From Candidatus Latescibacterota bacterium (GTDB taxonomy: Bacteria > Latescibacterota > UBA2968): a stretch of 64,000 nucleotides of DNA. Of this stretch, positions 29,929 to 39,804 are shown one piece after another. Where the stretch lies: contig OZ240241.1 in NCBI GenBank assembly GCA_965198115.1, forward strand, positions 7,584,001 to 7,648,000, given 5' to 3'. The position numbers and the translations under genes were made by a program. The stretch's first letter is position 1; the number at the start of each line of letters is the position of its first letter. The notes under the pieces were generated by a model. It had not been told where the DNA came from and did not search any database. It was given only the letters and a program-made list of their open reading frames with translations.

Positions 29929-30556
29929 TTAGCCCTCGACGCACCAATCAAGGCAGTTCCGAAGCAGGATCTCGTACGTGCGCTCCCGCCATATCTCAGG
30001 GTTGTGTCCGGGCGTCAACACCGCAACACGTCCATTGGCTTCCGACCTCGTCCATCCGGCCGGCTGTCCCGTGTTCGGAGTGTGTGTGAAGGAAGATGTC
30101 GACGTTCGGGTCGTTCATCTCCATCGTGTAATGTTCATCCTTTGCAGTGAACGACAAGCATCCAGCGGCCAACGGATGCTCCTCCGTTGGCTCGACCGTC
30201 ACATCGCATTGGGGAGGGTGCCCGACGAAAACGCCTCCCATCAAGTTGCGAAGTGTCGGAATCTCCTTGTAGAGCGCCGTGCCTGAGTGGAGAAACAGGA
30301 TCCCGTGACCACGAGTGACGTAGTCGACGAAGGCTTTTCCGGTCTCATCGGTCACCCAGGGAGTTCGATCCTTGTCGGACGTCTGATTCGCCTTCGAAAA
30401 CACGACCAGCGGGTAATCCGCCATCGTCCCGGCCGACCAGTCCGCGGGATCCGTCACGAAATCGAATTCGTATCCGGTGTCCCCCAGCCCATTCAGTCCA
30501 TCCACAGTCAGCGAAGCCGGATGCGCGCAGTCCTCACACAACACCAGCGCTCTCAT
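29929..30556 (-). CDS. ThuA (trehalose utilisation) domain protein, frameshift near 30068
   Basis: FLHSG, GGVFVGHPPQ, DEHY; a shifted frame gives QPAGWTR..GRVAVLTPGHN..LLRNCLDW. Confidence 0.8.
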
Positions 30557-30607
30557 CGGTAGCCTCCAGTCACTACTCAATTTCATAATTTCCCAAAGGA
30601 GTCTGTA

Positions 30608-31357
30608 GTGAATCCAACCACCGAACTCCTTCTCAATCACCGTACCGTCCGCCGATTCAGCGACCAGCCTCTGCCAGAAGGTCTTCTCGAGGAACTCATT
30701 CAATGCGGCCAACAGGCAAGCACATCGAGCAACCTTCAGGCCTACAGCATCATCCACGTGGCCGATCCCGACAAGAAGAAAAGCATGGCCGAACTCTGTG
30801 CCGACCAGCTGCAGATTCATCAGAGCGCAGCTTTCCTCGCCTTCTGCGCCGACCTCCATCGTGACCGCGTCGCATTCGACATGCACGACGGCGAACGATT
30901 CGACGACGAATTCATCGAAGCTGTGCTCATCTCCACAGTCGACGCGGCGCTCGTCATGCAGAACGTCGCCATCGCAGCGGAGTCACACGGCCTCGGCATC
31001 TGCATGATCGGCGCCATCCGGAACAACCCGATTCAGGTGGGCGAACTCCTCGAGCTCCCCGATCACGTCTTCGCCGTCTCCGGGTTCTGCATCGGTTATC
31101 CCGACCCGGATCATCCAACCGCCATCAAGCCTCGACTCCCGACCGAAGCCGTCCTCCACCGCGACCGCTATCTCGACGACGAACAGATGAAGCAGCACAT
31201 GGTCGACTACGACCAGGCCATGGGCGTCTTCTACGAGAGCCAGGGCATGCACGACCGCGATCCACGATGGACGCGTGTGATGTCTGGTCGCGTCGGTCGA
31301 TTCCATCAGCGCGCCGACCTCGACATCTTCCTCAAGAGTCAGGGCTATGACTGGTAA
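30608..31357 (+). CDS. NfsA/NfrA-type NADPH-dependent nitro/flavin reductase
   Basis: HRTVRRF, ASTSSNLQAYSII, ADLHR, AAESHGLGICMIGAIRN, KPRLP. Confidence 0.92.
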   Translation: MNPTTELLLNHRTVRRFSDQPLPEGLLEELIQCGQQASTSSNLQAYSIIHVADPDKKKSMAELCADQLQIHQSAAFLAFCADLHRDRVAFDMHDGERFDDEFIEAVLISTVDAALVMQNVAIAAESHGLGICMIGAIRNNPIQVGELLELPDHVFAVSGFCIGYPDPDHPTAIKPRLPTEAVLHRDRYLDDEQMKQHMVDYDQAMGVFYESQGMHDRDPRWTRVMSGRVGRFHQRADLDIFLKSQGYDW

Positions 31358-31422
31358 ATCCTGAAACGGCAAAGGGACCCGACGCCAAGCCGGGCCCCCG
31401 CCACGACACACACGATCCTCGA

Positions 31423-33330
31423 TCACTTCAGCAGATCTAGGATCTTCGTATTCCCATCATAGCTTGCCCACGTGGCCGCCGTCCCTCCGGCTTTATCTCT
31501 GGCCGATTTGTCGGCCCCCGCCTTCACAAGAGCCTGAATGATGGCTCGCTGATCCTCCTCTGCCGGAGCTGAACGTCCGTGGGCCGCCCACATCAGGGCC
31601 GTTCGACCTTTGTGGTCGCGAGCGTTCAGCTTTGCGCCAGCTTTCAGCACGGGCCCCACGACCGCCGGCGATCCCCCATCCGCCGCACACATCAACACGG
31701 TGCGCCCCTCGTGGTTCGCCGCGTCTACATCGGCACCCGCGGCGATCAGAACCTTCACCGCTTCCCCGGCTTGCGCTTTGTAGGCGACCAGCATCAAGGC
31801 CGTATTGCCATCCAGATCGGATGCATTGACATTCGACTTCGCTGCGAGTGAGATCACGCCCGGCCGATTGCCTTCCGCGGCCGCCATCAGCAGGGCCGTT
31901 CTGCCTGTCCCATCGCGCAAACTTGTATCTGCGCCTAGCGTGAGCAGAACGTCGACCGTCTCAGACGGGTCTTCGGCCACAGCCACCACCATCAGTGCCG
32001 AATTCCCGTCGTCCCTACGCGCGTTGACATCCACGCCTCCCTGGACGAGACGCCTGAGCAAACCCGGCCACTGGTCGACGAGCAGGGAGTCGACGTCGTC
32101 CCCCGCACCAACGGCGTGCATCAACGTCGTCCGACCGTCGTTGTCCACAGCCGTTACGCTGGCGCCCGCCTCCATCAGCAGACGGGCAACTGATACCTTA
32201 CCCTCTCCCAGGGCTTCCATCAGAGCCGTCTGTCCGTCCTCGTTTCGACTGTCTACGGGTACACCAGCGTCCAGCAGTCTTCTCACTTCGTCAATCTCGC
32301 CCTCTCCCGCTTCCTCGATCAGTGCTTCCCCTTCATCCCGCACGTGACTGATCACCGTGAATCGATCGACCACCCGGCCATCGATGTCCTTGAAGTAGAA
32401 TTCCGCCACGTTTGGCTTGCCACCCGCTCCGAAGGTTCCGAACAGCGCACCGAAGTTCGCCCCATTGTCCGTCGTGTAGTACTTCGCCCACCAATCGCCG
32501 ATGGGCAGACGCCGGGCTCGACGCATACTCCTCCCCGCCATTCCGTTCACGAAAACGAACGTCTTTCCGCGTTCGATGTGGAGCGTGTCCGAACGACTCG
32601 CCACGGTGTGTCTAGCCATATCGCTCAACAGATGTGTCCGGCTGTAGGAATGCTCGTGACCCGTCGCGACGATCACCCCACCCAAGCGGCACTCCTCGTA
32701 GAGATCCCATCCCGTCTCGCTCGACTTCCCCCCGACTTGCATGGGTCGCTGATTCTTGTGCCAGCTCGCAATGCGCCAGATCGAGTTGTCATCCTCAAGC
32801 TGTTCGCGAACATAATCCGCGTGTCCCGTGTCGAACACGTCAGGCGCCACCAGAAGGATGAACACTCCCCTGTATCTCAACGACGACTTCACGCCCATCT
32901 GGCCATCCCAGGGCAGGGGGATCCGACGGGCACGAGCTTCGAGCATTTTCTGATACCCCTCCCAGATATGCTCGTCGTGGTTGCCCGCCGATCCGAAGTA
33001 GGGGAAGTCCTCGCCGAGCACCTTGCTGATCAGACCATCCCAGGCTTCAGGGTCGTGCGCGTAGTCGAAGTCCCCCTGATGCACGACCACGTCAGCGCCT
33101 TCATCCTTGATCAGCTGAAGTACTTCAGGTGCCTTATCCTCATCTTCATCTGTATCCTCATCAGCCGACGTTCCCTGATCGCCGATGAAGGCGATCTTCA
33201 ACCCATCAGATAGATCCTGCCGCCAGAGTATCTCCTCTTCTTCCGCCCGAAGTCCGCCGACGACTCCTGCAGCAAAAATCATCGTCAGGATCGCACCCTT
33301 CAAAAAACTGGAACCGCATCCTGCTATCAT
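31423..33330 (-). CDS. Secreted metallophosphoesterase fused to ankyrin repeats
   Basis: Signal-like N-terminus; GDQG, GDFDY, GNHD, GHEHSY; about 8 G.TALM.A ankyrin repeats. Confidence 0.88.
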   Translation of the reverse strand: MIAGCGSSFLKGAILTMIFAAGVVGGLRAEEEEILWRQDLSDGLKIAFIGDQGTSADEDTDEDEDKAPEVLQLIKDEGADVVVHQGDFDYAHDPEAWDGLISKVLGEDFPYFGSAGNHDEHIWEGYQKMLEARARRIPLPWDGQMGVKSSLRYRGVFILLVAPDVFDTGHADYVREQLEDDNSIWRIASWHKNQRPMQVGGKSSETGWDLYEECRLGGVIVATGHEHSYSRTHLLSDMARHTVASRSDTLHIERGKTFVFVNGMAGRSMRRARRLPIGDWWAKYYTTDNGANFGALFGTFGAGGKPNVAEFYFKDIDGRVVDRFTVISHVRDEGEALIEEAGEGEIDEVRRLLDAGVPVDSRNEDGQTALMEALGEGKVSVARLLMEAGASVTAVDNDGRTTLMHAVGAGDDVDSLLVDQWPGLLRRLVQGGVDVNARRDDGNSALMVVAVAEDPSETVDVLLTLGADTSLRDGTGRTALLMAAAEGNRPGVISLAAKSNVNASDLDGNTALMLVAYKAQAGEAVKVLIAAGADVDAANHEGRTVLMCAADGGSPAVVGPVLKAGAKLNARDHKGRTALMWAAHGRSAPAEEDQRAIIQALVKAGADKSARDKAGGTAATWASYDGNTKILDLLK

Positions 33331-35000
33331 CGAACCTCCTCCTGTTGAATCGATAGAATCATGGTCGCAACGTGTCCCTGTTGCACTTTACTCAGCATGG
33401 GCATCGCCAGCGTCAGCTGTTCGACCGCCTCGGACTTCCGTCCCAAAGCCGCCAGCGACCGTGCGAATAACAACAGGAATTTGGGACGTTGGTGCAACCC
33501 TTCACTCATCATCCGGACGACACGTTCGTGATCGCCACGCCTCTGCACTACGAGCGCTCGGTTGTAGAGAATTCCGGCAGCGGATCCTTCCGACGCTTCC
33601 GCCCGGATCAGCAGCCGATCCGCCTCGCCAAGCTGGCCCTGGCGAATTCGGATCTCGGCCAGACTGACCGTGGCGGAGACCCAATCCAGGTAGGCCAGCG
33701 TGTCATCCCGGAACCGCAACGCGGCTGTGAAATGCTCGGAGGCCCGCTCCAGATCGCCGTCGCGACGGGCGGCTACGCCAAGGTAGTGATGCCCCTCCAA
33801 AAACCGCGGATCGCGCGTCACCTCCGGGCCAAACAGCTGAACGTCATCGTGAAAACGTCTGCCTCCCTCGAACGTCGAAACCGCGGCGATCAGGGACCAC
33901 ACACAAACAAGACCGGTCGTCCCCCACCGCCAGGCCTTTCCCAGTAGACTCAAAACGTCAAACCCAAGAGCCACCCCAAGCCCGAATCCGTAACTCACCA
34001 GATAACCGTAGTGGGGCGACGTGAACCTCGGGAGTGGAACGACGTTCAAAGCCGGTGCCAGCGCGATCAGGGAGAACGCGAACAGCCAACCCACCTGATT
34101 CCGTCGCCACCGAACGGCGCCGATGCCCAGCGCGACCAGGACACACCCACCCGCCATGGCTGCAGCGCCGAACCCCACGATCGGCATCGCGTCGCTCAAC
34201 GCCGGCAAGCGCGGATCCAGGGCGTGTCCAAACTGGAGGGCGATCGCGGCAAGACGGGTGCCCACCGCGTCTTCAAACGAAAAGGGAACGGGCGCTCTCG
34301 ACCAGCCCTCCGGTACGGCCTGCTGCCGCACAGCGAGATAGGCAATACAAACCGCAGCGATCGCTCCCAGGCCGACGAGCGAACGCCTCGTCTGATTCCG
34401 GTTCGGGAGCTCGCGAACCAGGAGCAGCGCCGGTATCCAGAAGAGCGCAGTCTCTTTCGACAGGAGCGCCAGCCCCGTGGTGCCGGCCGCGGCCAGGTAC
34501 CACCACGTTACCCGACGTAGACCTCGAGCCTTCACGTAACAGCCGACCGCAAGGAACGTGAAAAGCACCGCCAGAAGGTCCGGTCGGTAGGAAATGGCGC
34601 CGACGGGCAGCCACGACAGGGGATGGATCCCTGCGACAACCATACCCCCGATGAGTGCCCCCGTCGACACGGCGAGATGCAGGGACGCGAACCAGAAAAA
34701 GGCCGCGCACACGCCCGCGTGCAACACCACGTTCGTCAGATGGAAGCCCCACGCGTCCTTCCCGAAAACGGCGGCATCCAGGGCGAGGGTCAGAGTCACC
34801 AGGGGTCGATAGAAGGACGTCTCCCCGAACCGAGCACCCACCGATTCGAGCAACTCGCCCTGACCGGGAATCGCTCGACCCTCTACAACGTCTCCGTGGT
34901 CGAGCCACGTGAAACCGTTCGGGATGTAGGTGGCGTGGACCGCTGCGATCAACACCAGCGCGGCGGCATTCCAGATGCCCATATCTCTACGGCTGAGCAT
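33327..35000 (-). CDS. TMTC-like GT-C membrane glycosyltransferase with C-terminal TPRs
   Basis: NGFTWLD, FYRPL, FHLTNVVLH, IHP..V..IS.R, ALLSKE; many TM segments and a TPR tail; SD GGAGG. Confidence 0.8.
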   Translation of the reverse strand: MLSRRDMGIWNAAALVLIAAVHATYIPNGFTWLDHGDVVEGRAIPGQGELLESVGARFGETSFYRPLVTLTLALDAAVFGKDAWGFHLTNVVLHAGVCAAFFWFASLHLAVSTGALIGGMVVAGIHPLSWLPVGAISYRPDLLAVLFTFLAVGCYVKARGLRRVTWWYLAAAGTTGLALLSKETALFWIPALLLVRELPNRNQTRRSLVGLGAIAAVCIAYLAVRQQAVPEGWSRAPVPFSFEDAVGTRLAAIALQFGHALDPRLPALSDAMPIVGFGAAAMAGGCVLVALGIGAVRWRRNQVGWLFAFSLIALAPALNVVPLPRFTSPHYGYLVSYGFGLGVALGFDVLSLLGKAWRWGTTGLVCVWSLIAAVSTFEGGRRFHDDVQLFGPEVTRDPRFLEGHHYLGVAARRDGDLERASEHFTAALRFRDDTLAYLDWVSATVSLAEIRIRQGQLGEADRLLIRAEASEGSAAGILYNRALVVQRRGDHERVVRMMSEGLHQRPKFLLLFARSLAALGRKSEAVEQLTLAMPMLSKVQQGHVATMILSIQQEEVR

Positions 35001-35083
35001 ATCAGCCTCCTTCACCGACTAAGTTGGCAACCCGCGCATCGATCAGCCATCGGTATTTCTGCCGGCGCCCCATCGATTGACGT

Positions 35084-35118
35084 TTGAACTTTCCCGCATC
35101 CTCCTGTAGGTTGGGGCC
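35084..35118 (+). promoter_or_regulatory. Putative sigma70 promoter for a leaderless transcript
   Basis: TTGAAC-17-TAGGTT, then 6 nt to the ATG; no SD. Confidence 0.5.
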
Positions 35119-36459
35119 ATGACGATCACACTCGATCAACTCATCTCCGACTACCGTGACCAGAACGGGGGTTCCTATCAACTTTGGCGGCGAGCCCACG
35201 ACTCGCTCCCCGGTGGTAACACCCGCACCGGTGTCCACGTCGATCCGTTTCCGCTCTACACGGAGCGCGGGGCTGGCGTCCACGTCACCGATGTGGACGG
35301 CAACGAGCGTCTCGACCTCATCTGCAACGCTACGGCTCTGATCCTGGGCCACGCGCACCCCGACGTCGTTAGAGCATTGCAGAGTCGGGCAGCCGTGGGA
35401 ACGGCCTTCTTCGGCCCAACGCCCATCGAAGTCGAGCTCGCCGAATTGGTGCGCGAACGGCTCCCCTCGCTCGAGAAGATCCGATACTGCAGCTCCGGCA
35501 CCGAGGCCGTCCTCAACGCGCTTCGTGTCGCACGCGCCTTCACCGGCCGGCCGCTGATCGCAAAGTTCGAGGGCGCCTACCACGGAGTCGATGACCCCGC
35601 CCTCGTGAGCGTCGCCCCACCTGTCACAGATGACCTCGGACCAGCCGATCGACCCAACCCCGTTCTCTCGTCACAGGGGCTCGCTCCGGGAACTGCCGAA
35701 AACGTCATCGTGTTGCCATTCAACGACCCTGACGCCGCTGAGGCTATCATCCGGACGAACGCGAACCAGATCGCAGCCATCATCGTCGACCCCCTCTCCA
35801 CCGGGGCCGGCATGGCGCTTCCCGATCAGACCTTCCTAGACAACCTTCGCAGCCTCGCGACCGAACTCGACATCGTCCTCATCTTCGACGAAATCGTCAG
35901 CTTCCGTGCAGGTCCATCCGGCACGCAGGGCTCCTACGGCATCTTACCCGACCTCACCTGCCTCGCCAAGGTCGTTGCGGGAGGAACGCCCGGAGGTCTC
36001 TTCGGTGGCAAATCCGACATCATGACCCTTTACGATCCCACGTCTGGGACGCCGGCCATCCCCCAATCCGGGACTTACAACGGGAACCCGCTCGTCGCCG
36101 CCGCTGGTCTCGCCACGCTTCAGGGCATGACCCCTGGAGCCTATGCCCACATCGAAAATCTGACGAACCGAATCTCCGAAGGCATTCGAAAAGCTTTCGA
36201 CGACACGGGCGTCACCGGCTGTGTCGTCAACGCCGGATCCCTCTTTCGCATTTACTTCCTCGAGAAACCGCCCCGCAACTACCGCCAAGCTGCCGAAGAC
36301 AGCAAATCACGCCAGCGCTGGCTCTATTTCTATCTCCTCAACAACGGCATCGTCAGTCGCCACGGCGGCTGTGTCCCCGTCCCCCTGACCGAGTCTCAGG
36401 CCGACCAGTTTATCCAGACCGTTACGTCCGGCCTGCGAGAAATGCCAAGCGACCTGTAG
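35119..36459 (+). CDS. Class III aminotransferase, glutamate-1-semialdehyde aminomutase-like
   Basis: LPGGNTR, ILGHAHP, SSGTEA, KFEGAYHG, IFDEI, AKVVAGG, SGTYNGNP. Confidence 0.9.
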   Translation: MTITLDQLISDYRDQNGGSYQLWRRAHDSLPGGNTRTGVHVDPFPLYTERGAGVHVTDVDGNERLDLICNATALILGHAHPDVVRALQSRAAVGTAFFGPTPIEVELAELVRERLPSLEKIRYCSSGTEAVLNALRVARAFTGRPLIAKFEGAYHGVDDPALVSVAPPVTDDLGPADRPNPVLSSQGLAPGTAENVIVLPFNDPDAAEAIIRTNANQIAAIIVDPLSTGAGMALPDQTFLDNLRSLATELDIVLIFDEIVSFRAGPSGTQGSYGILPDLTCLAKVVAGGTPGGLFGGKSDIMTLYDPTSGTPAIPQSGTYNGNPLVAAAGLATLQGMTPGAYAHIENLTNRISEGIRKAFDDTGVTGCVVNAGSLFRIYFLEKPPRNYRQAAEDSKSRQRWLYFYLLNNGIVSRHGGCVPVPLTESQADQFIQTVTSGLREMPSDL

Positions 36460-36491
36460 TTCAATTTTCATTTTTCAATATTCATTCTAAA

Positions 36492-37211
36492 ATGTTTCCC
36501 GACGGTCTCATCGTCCTCACATTCGACGACGGCGTGAAGTCGCAGTTTACGTTCGCCGCTCCGCTCCTGAAGTCACTCGGCTTCGGGGCAACCTTTTACA
36601 TCACGGAAGGATTGAACTTCCTGAACGACAAGTCTCGATACATGACCTGGGATGAGGTGGCCGAACTCGACGCCATGGGTTTCGAGATCGGAAACCACAC
36701 GAGGGCTCACACGAGTGTGGCGAAGCAGTCGCCGCAGGAACTGCGGTCGGACATCGATCACATCGATGGCCTGTGCGAAGAAAACGGGATCGCACGACCC
36801 GAGACCTTCTGCTATCCCGGCTACACGAACACCCCTGAAGCCGTCGAGGTATTGCGGGATCGTAGGTTCACCTTCGCCCGCCGGGGCACCGCCCCGGAAT
36901 TCGGGTATGATAACGAAGGGGGTCGCGGCCCAGCCTATGATCCCACGGAACACGATCCCCTACTCATACCCACCACGGGTGCCGCCGGCCCTCACTGGAC
37001 GAATGACGATTTCAAATGGGCCCTCGACCAGGCACGTGACGGTCGAGCGACCGTGCTGACCTACCACGGCGTACCCGATCTCGATCATCCCTGGGTACAC
37101 ACGGACCCGAACTCGTTCGAAGCGTGTGTACGTCATCTGCACGACAACGAATTCACCGTCGTCTCCCTTCGAGCGTGCTCGACCTACACGGAAAGCCCCG
37201 GTTGTGGCTGA
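36492..37211 (+). CDS. Polysaccharide deacetylase (NodB/CE4)
   Basis: LTFDDG, EIGNHTRAH, FCYPG, LTYHG. Confidence 0.9.
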   Translation: MFPDGLIVLTFDDGVKSQFTFAAPLLKSLGFGATFYITEGLNFLNDKSRYMTWDEVAELDAMGFEIGNHTRAHTSVAKQSPQELRSDIDHIDGLCEENGIARPETFCYPGYTNTPEAVEVLRDRRFTFARRGTAPEFGYDNEGGRGPAYDPTEHDPLLIPTTGAAGPHWTNDDFKWALDQARDGRATVLTYHGVPDLDHPWVHTDPNSFEACVRHLHDNEFTVVSLRACSTYTESPGCG

Positions 37212-37833
37212 TCGACGACAAGATGTTGATGTGGAATTCGAGGGTTCGGACCAAAGATCGGGGGAAGACCGTCGACAGGGAGATCGAAGGACGCTCGCGG
37301 CCGACAAGCACGGGAAGGGCTACTACGCCGCTTGGGGCTTCGCTGCAGGTGTCCTACCGGCGATCGGCCTGCTGCTCCTGATACAGGTCGACAATCCGAG
37401 TGGGTGGAAACGCGGAACGCCCAAGGGCGCCGTCAACATGGACATCGAAGATCCGCGTGAATTCCAACCCCCGCGGAATCCAGGCATCGGGATGGAGGTC
37501 CCCAAAGAACCCAAGAAGTCCGATGCCGGTGTTCTGACCGAGGACTTACTGAACATCGCACCAGACCTTTACAATGGCGTCAAGCTTAAGAGCAGGAAAT
37601 CGGGTGGCGAGACAGTGATAGGGGCCGATGGTCTGGCCAACGTCGAACTCGTCGATGTCGAAAGCATCGAGATCGCTGTCAAGGCAAAGACGTGGGATCG
37701 TTTGCTCGCTGACGAAAGAATCACCACGCTTAAACGAACCTGGGACTTCCTGACAACACGTTATCCCTCGCTGGCGCAGATCGTCGAACTGTCGTTTGAC
37801 GATGGACGCCCCAACTTACAGATCCGTTTTTAG
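37204..37833 (+). CDS. Hypothetical single-pass membrane protein with N-terminal DRR repeats
   Basis: GTG overlapping the upstream gene end; DRRQ..DQR..DRRQGDRR, then one TM helix. Confidence 0.65.
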   Translation: MADRRQDVDVEFEGSDQRSGEDRRQGDRRTLAADKHGKGYYAAWGFAAGVLPAIGLLLLIQVDNPSGWKRGTPKGAVNMDIEDPREFQPPRNPGIGMEVPKEPKKSDAGVLTEDLLNIAPDLYNGVKLKSRKSGGETVIGADGLANVELVDVESIEIAVKAKTWDRLLADERITTLKRTWDFLTTRYPSLAQIVELSFDDGRPNLQIRF

Positions 37834-37932
37834 TTCAGGCGGATCATTGTTCTCAGTCCACTGTCTGTTTCCCTGAGCTTTCATCGAGCCATCGTGTCTC
37901 GGTGGTTCGAGTTTTTCTGAAGGTAGAGCAAT

Positions 37933-38733
37933 ATGGCAGAGGCGCTCGATCTCGTCCCCTACGAAACCCTCGAAGAGCGGGTCGAAGCGATGTATCGCGA
38001 CGGTTTCGCTTACCTACCCGGCGTGCTCAATGCCGCTGAAGTCGCGGACCTTCGCGAAAAGATGGATGCCTTGACACCACGTCCAGAAAGTTTCGACAAG
38101 AATCGGTCTGCCGAAGAACACGGCTACGTCAACCGACACATCAACAACGCCTTCAATCGCCATCCCCATTTTCTGCAGTTTCTCGATCACGAGAACGTCC
38201 TCGCCATCGCGGAAGCCATTCACGGCGACGACTGCCACTGCATCGGTATGACCGCGTGGATGACGGGACCGGGGCGGCCCGATCAGAATCTACACATAGA
38301 TTGGTTACCGCTCGAGCTGCCGCCCGACGTCCTCGCCGATCCACGCGTACGAACGCCCATCTTCATCACCACCGCACATTACTACCTGGACGACCTGGAC
38401 GAGGAACTCGGACCCACGAATTTCGTCCCCGGCAGTCATCTCTCGGGCTGCAAGCCGGATGGGGCAACGTCCTGGACCGGTCAGGAAGAGCGATCGATCA
38501 TGTGTCATGCCGGCGACGTCGTCATCTTCCGCAGCGAAGTCTGGCACCGCGGCACGGCCAACACGAGCGATCGCACGCGCTTTCTACTCCAGGTCCATTA
38601 CGCGCAGCGCATGATCACGCAAAAGTATCCACCCTACCTGAATCGCTTCCAGTTCGACCCCGCCATTATAGAGGCAGCGACGGAACGCCAGCTCCGCCTG
38701 ATGGGCAACCATCGGTCCAGTAACTACGATTGA
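37933..38733 (+). CDS. PhyH family Fe(II)/2OG oxygenase
   Basis: RDGFA, LHID, GPTNFVPGSH, WHRG..N...TR. Confidence 0.92.
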   Translation: MAEALDLVPYETLEERVEAMYRDGFAYLPGVLNAAEVADLREKMDALTPRPESFDKNRSAEEHGYVNRHINNAFNRHPHFLQFLDHENVLAIAEAIHGDDCHCIGMTAWMTGPGRPDQNLHIDWLPLELPPDVLADPRVRTPIFITTAHYYLDDLDEELGPTNFVPGSHLSGCKPDGATSWTGQEERSIMCHAGDVVIFRSEVWHRGTANTSDRTRFLLQVHYAQRMITQKYPPYLNRFQFDPAIIEAATERQLRLMGNHRSSNYD

Positions 38734-38754
38734 GCGCGAGCCTGCGGCCGCCGG

Positions 38755-38864
38755 GTGTTCAGTGTTCAGGAGTTCAGGAGACGGTTTCGTATTGTAGTGA
38801 ATACCCTGGTGGTCGCCGTTGCCGCAAAGCGCGGGTTTCTCCCGAACACCGAACAACTGAACAC
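38755..38864. repeat. Inverted pair of heptamer arrays (GTGTTCA)n ... (TGAACAC)n
   Basis: GTGTTCAGTGTTCAGGAGTTCAGGAGA at 38755 and TCTCCCGAACACCGAACAACTGAACAC ending at 38864. Confidence 0.7.
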
Positions 38865-38911
38865 TCTCTTTTCGACGGCCTCAGCTGGCCGACAGCCAAT
38901 AGGATTTCACT

Positions 38912-39634
38912 ATGCAAGACTACACCCCAGTCGACGTCCCGAACGAAATTCTCGATCGCTTCCGCGTCCTGCCCGTCGCCACGGTGTGGGGCCACACCCA
39001 ACGTGACGCTGGGGTTCCCCTCCCATTCATGGAAGACGTCTTCCCATTCACGAAGAAGCGCCGGCTGGCTGCCCGGGCACGTACGCTGCGCTATCTCCCC
39101 CCGCGGCCGGATCTCTCGACGGAGGTCAAGCGAGGCGAGGACAGTCCAGAGTATCGGGCAATGGCGAGATGCGGCCCCGGAGACGTCCTCGTTTGCGATC
39201 TGATGGGAGCGACACGGCCCTGCGTGTTCGGGGATGTCAAAGCGATGCAACTGAAAATGAACAACGCCGACGGCATCATCACCGACGGCGGCATCCGCGA
39301 TGTCGACGTCATGGAAGAGGAAAACTACGGCCTCGTCATCTACGCCGGCGCAAGAACGCCCTATGGCGGGGGGCCGTGGGCAGAACCGGCCGAAGAGAAC
39401 GGCCAGATTCAGTGTGGCGGCGCCCTCGTGCGCCCCGGTGACGTTCTGGTAGGCGACGGAGACGGCGTCGTCGTCGTGCCTTCGTGGTTCGCGGAGGAAT
39501 GCGTCAACATCGTCGAGGAACACGAAGGCGTCGAAGCCTACATCAAAGAAAAGATCCAGGCCGAAGGGTGTGCGCCGGGCAAGTACTATCCCCCAACCCC
39601 GGAAATGTGGGAAGAGTATCGCGAACAGAAGTAA
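38912..39634 (+). CDS. RraA/HMG aldolase family protein
   Basis: [43 protein letters not shown]. Confidence 0.88.
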   Translation: MQDYTPVDVPNEILDRFRVLPVATVWGHTQRDAGVPLPFMEDVFPFTKKRRLAARARTLRYLPPRPDLSTEVKRGEDSPEYRAMARCGPGDVLVCDLMGATRPCVFGDVKAMQLKMNNADGIITDGGIRDVDVMEEENYGLVIYAGARTPYGGGPWAEPAEENGQIQCGGALVRPGDVLVGDGDGVVVVPSWFAEECVNIVEEHEGVEAYIKEKIQAEGCAPGKYYPPTPEMWEEYREQK

Positions 39635-39804
39635 GGGGAGACATAAATGTCCAAAAGAAAAAATGTCCGCTATCCCGGGGCTAACGCTCGGGGCTAAGAT
39701 GTGCCGCTCTTTCAGGGAATGTGCACCTCCACTGTAGCCTTTGAACTCACTAGCGTTCTGGTTCTTCTCTGCGTCCACCGCGTTCTCTGCGTTGAAAGGT
39801 TCTA

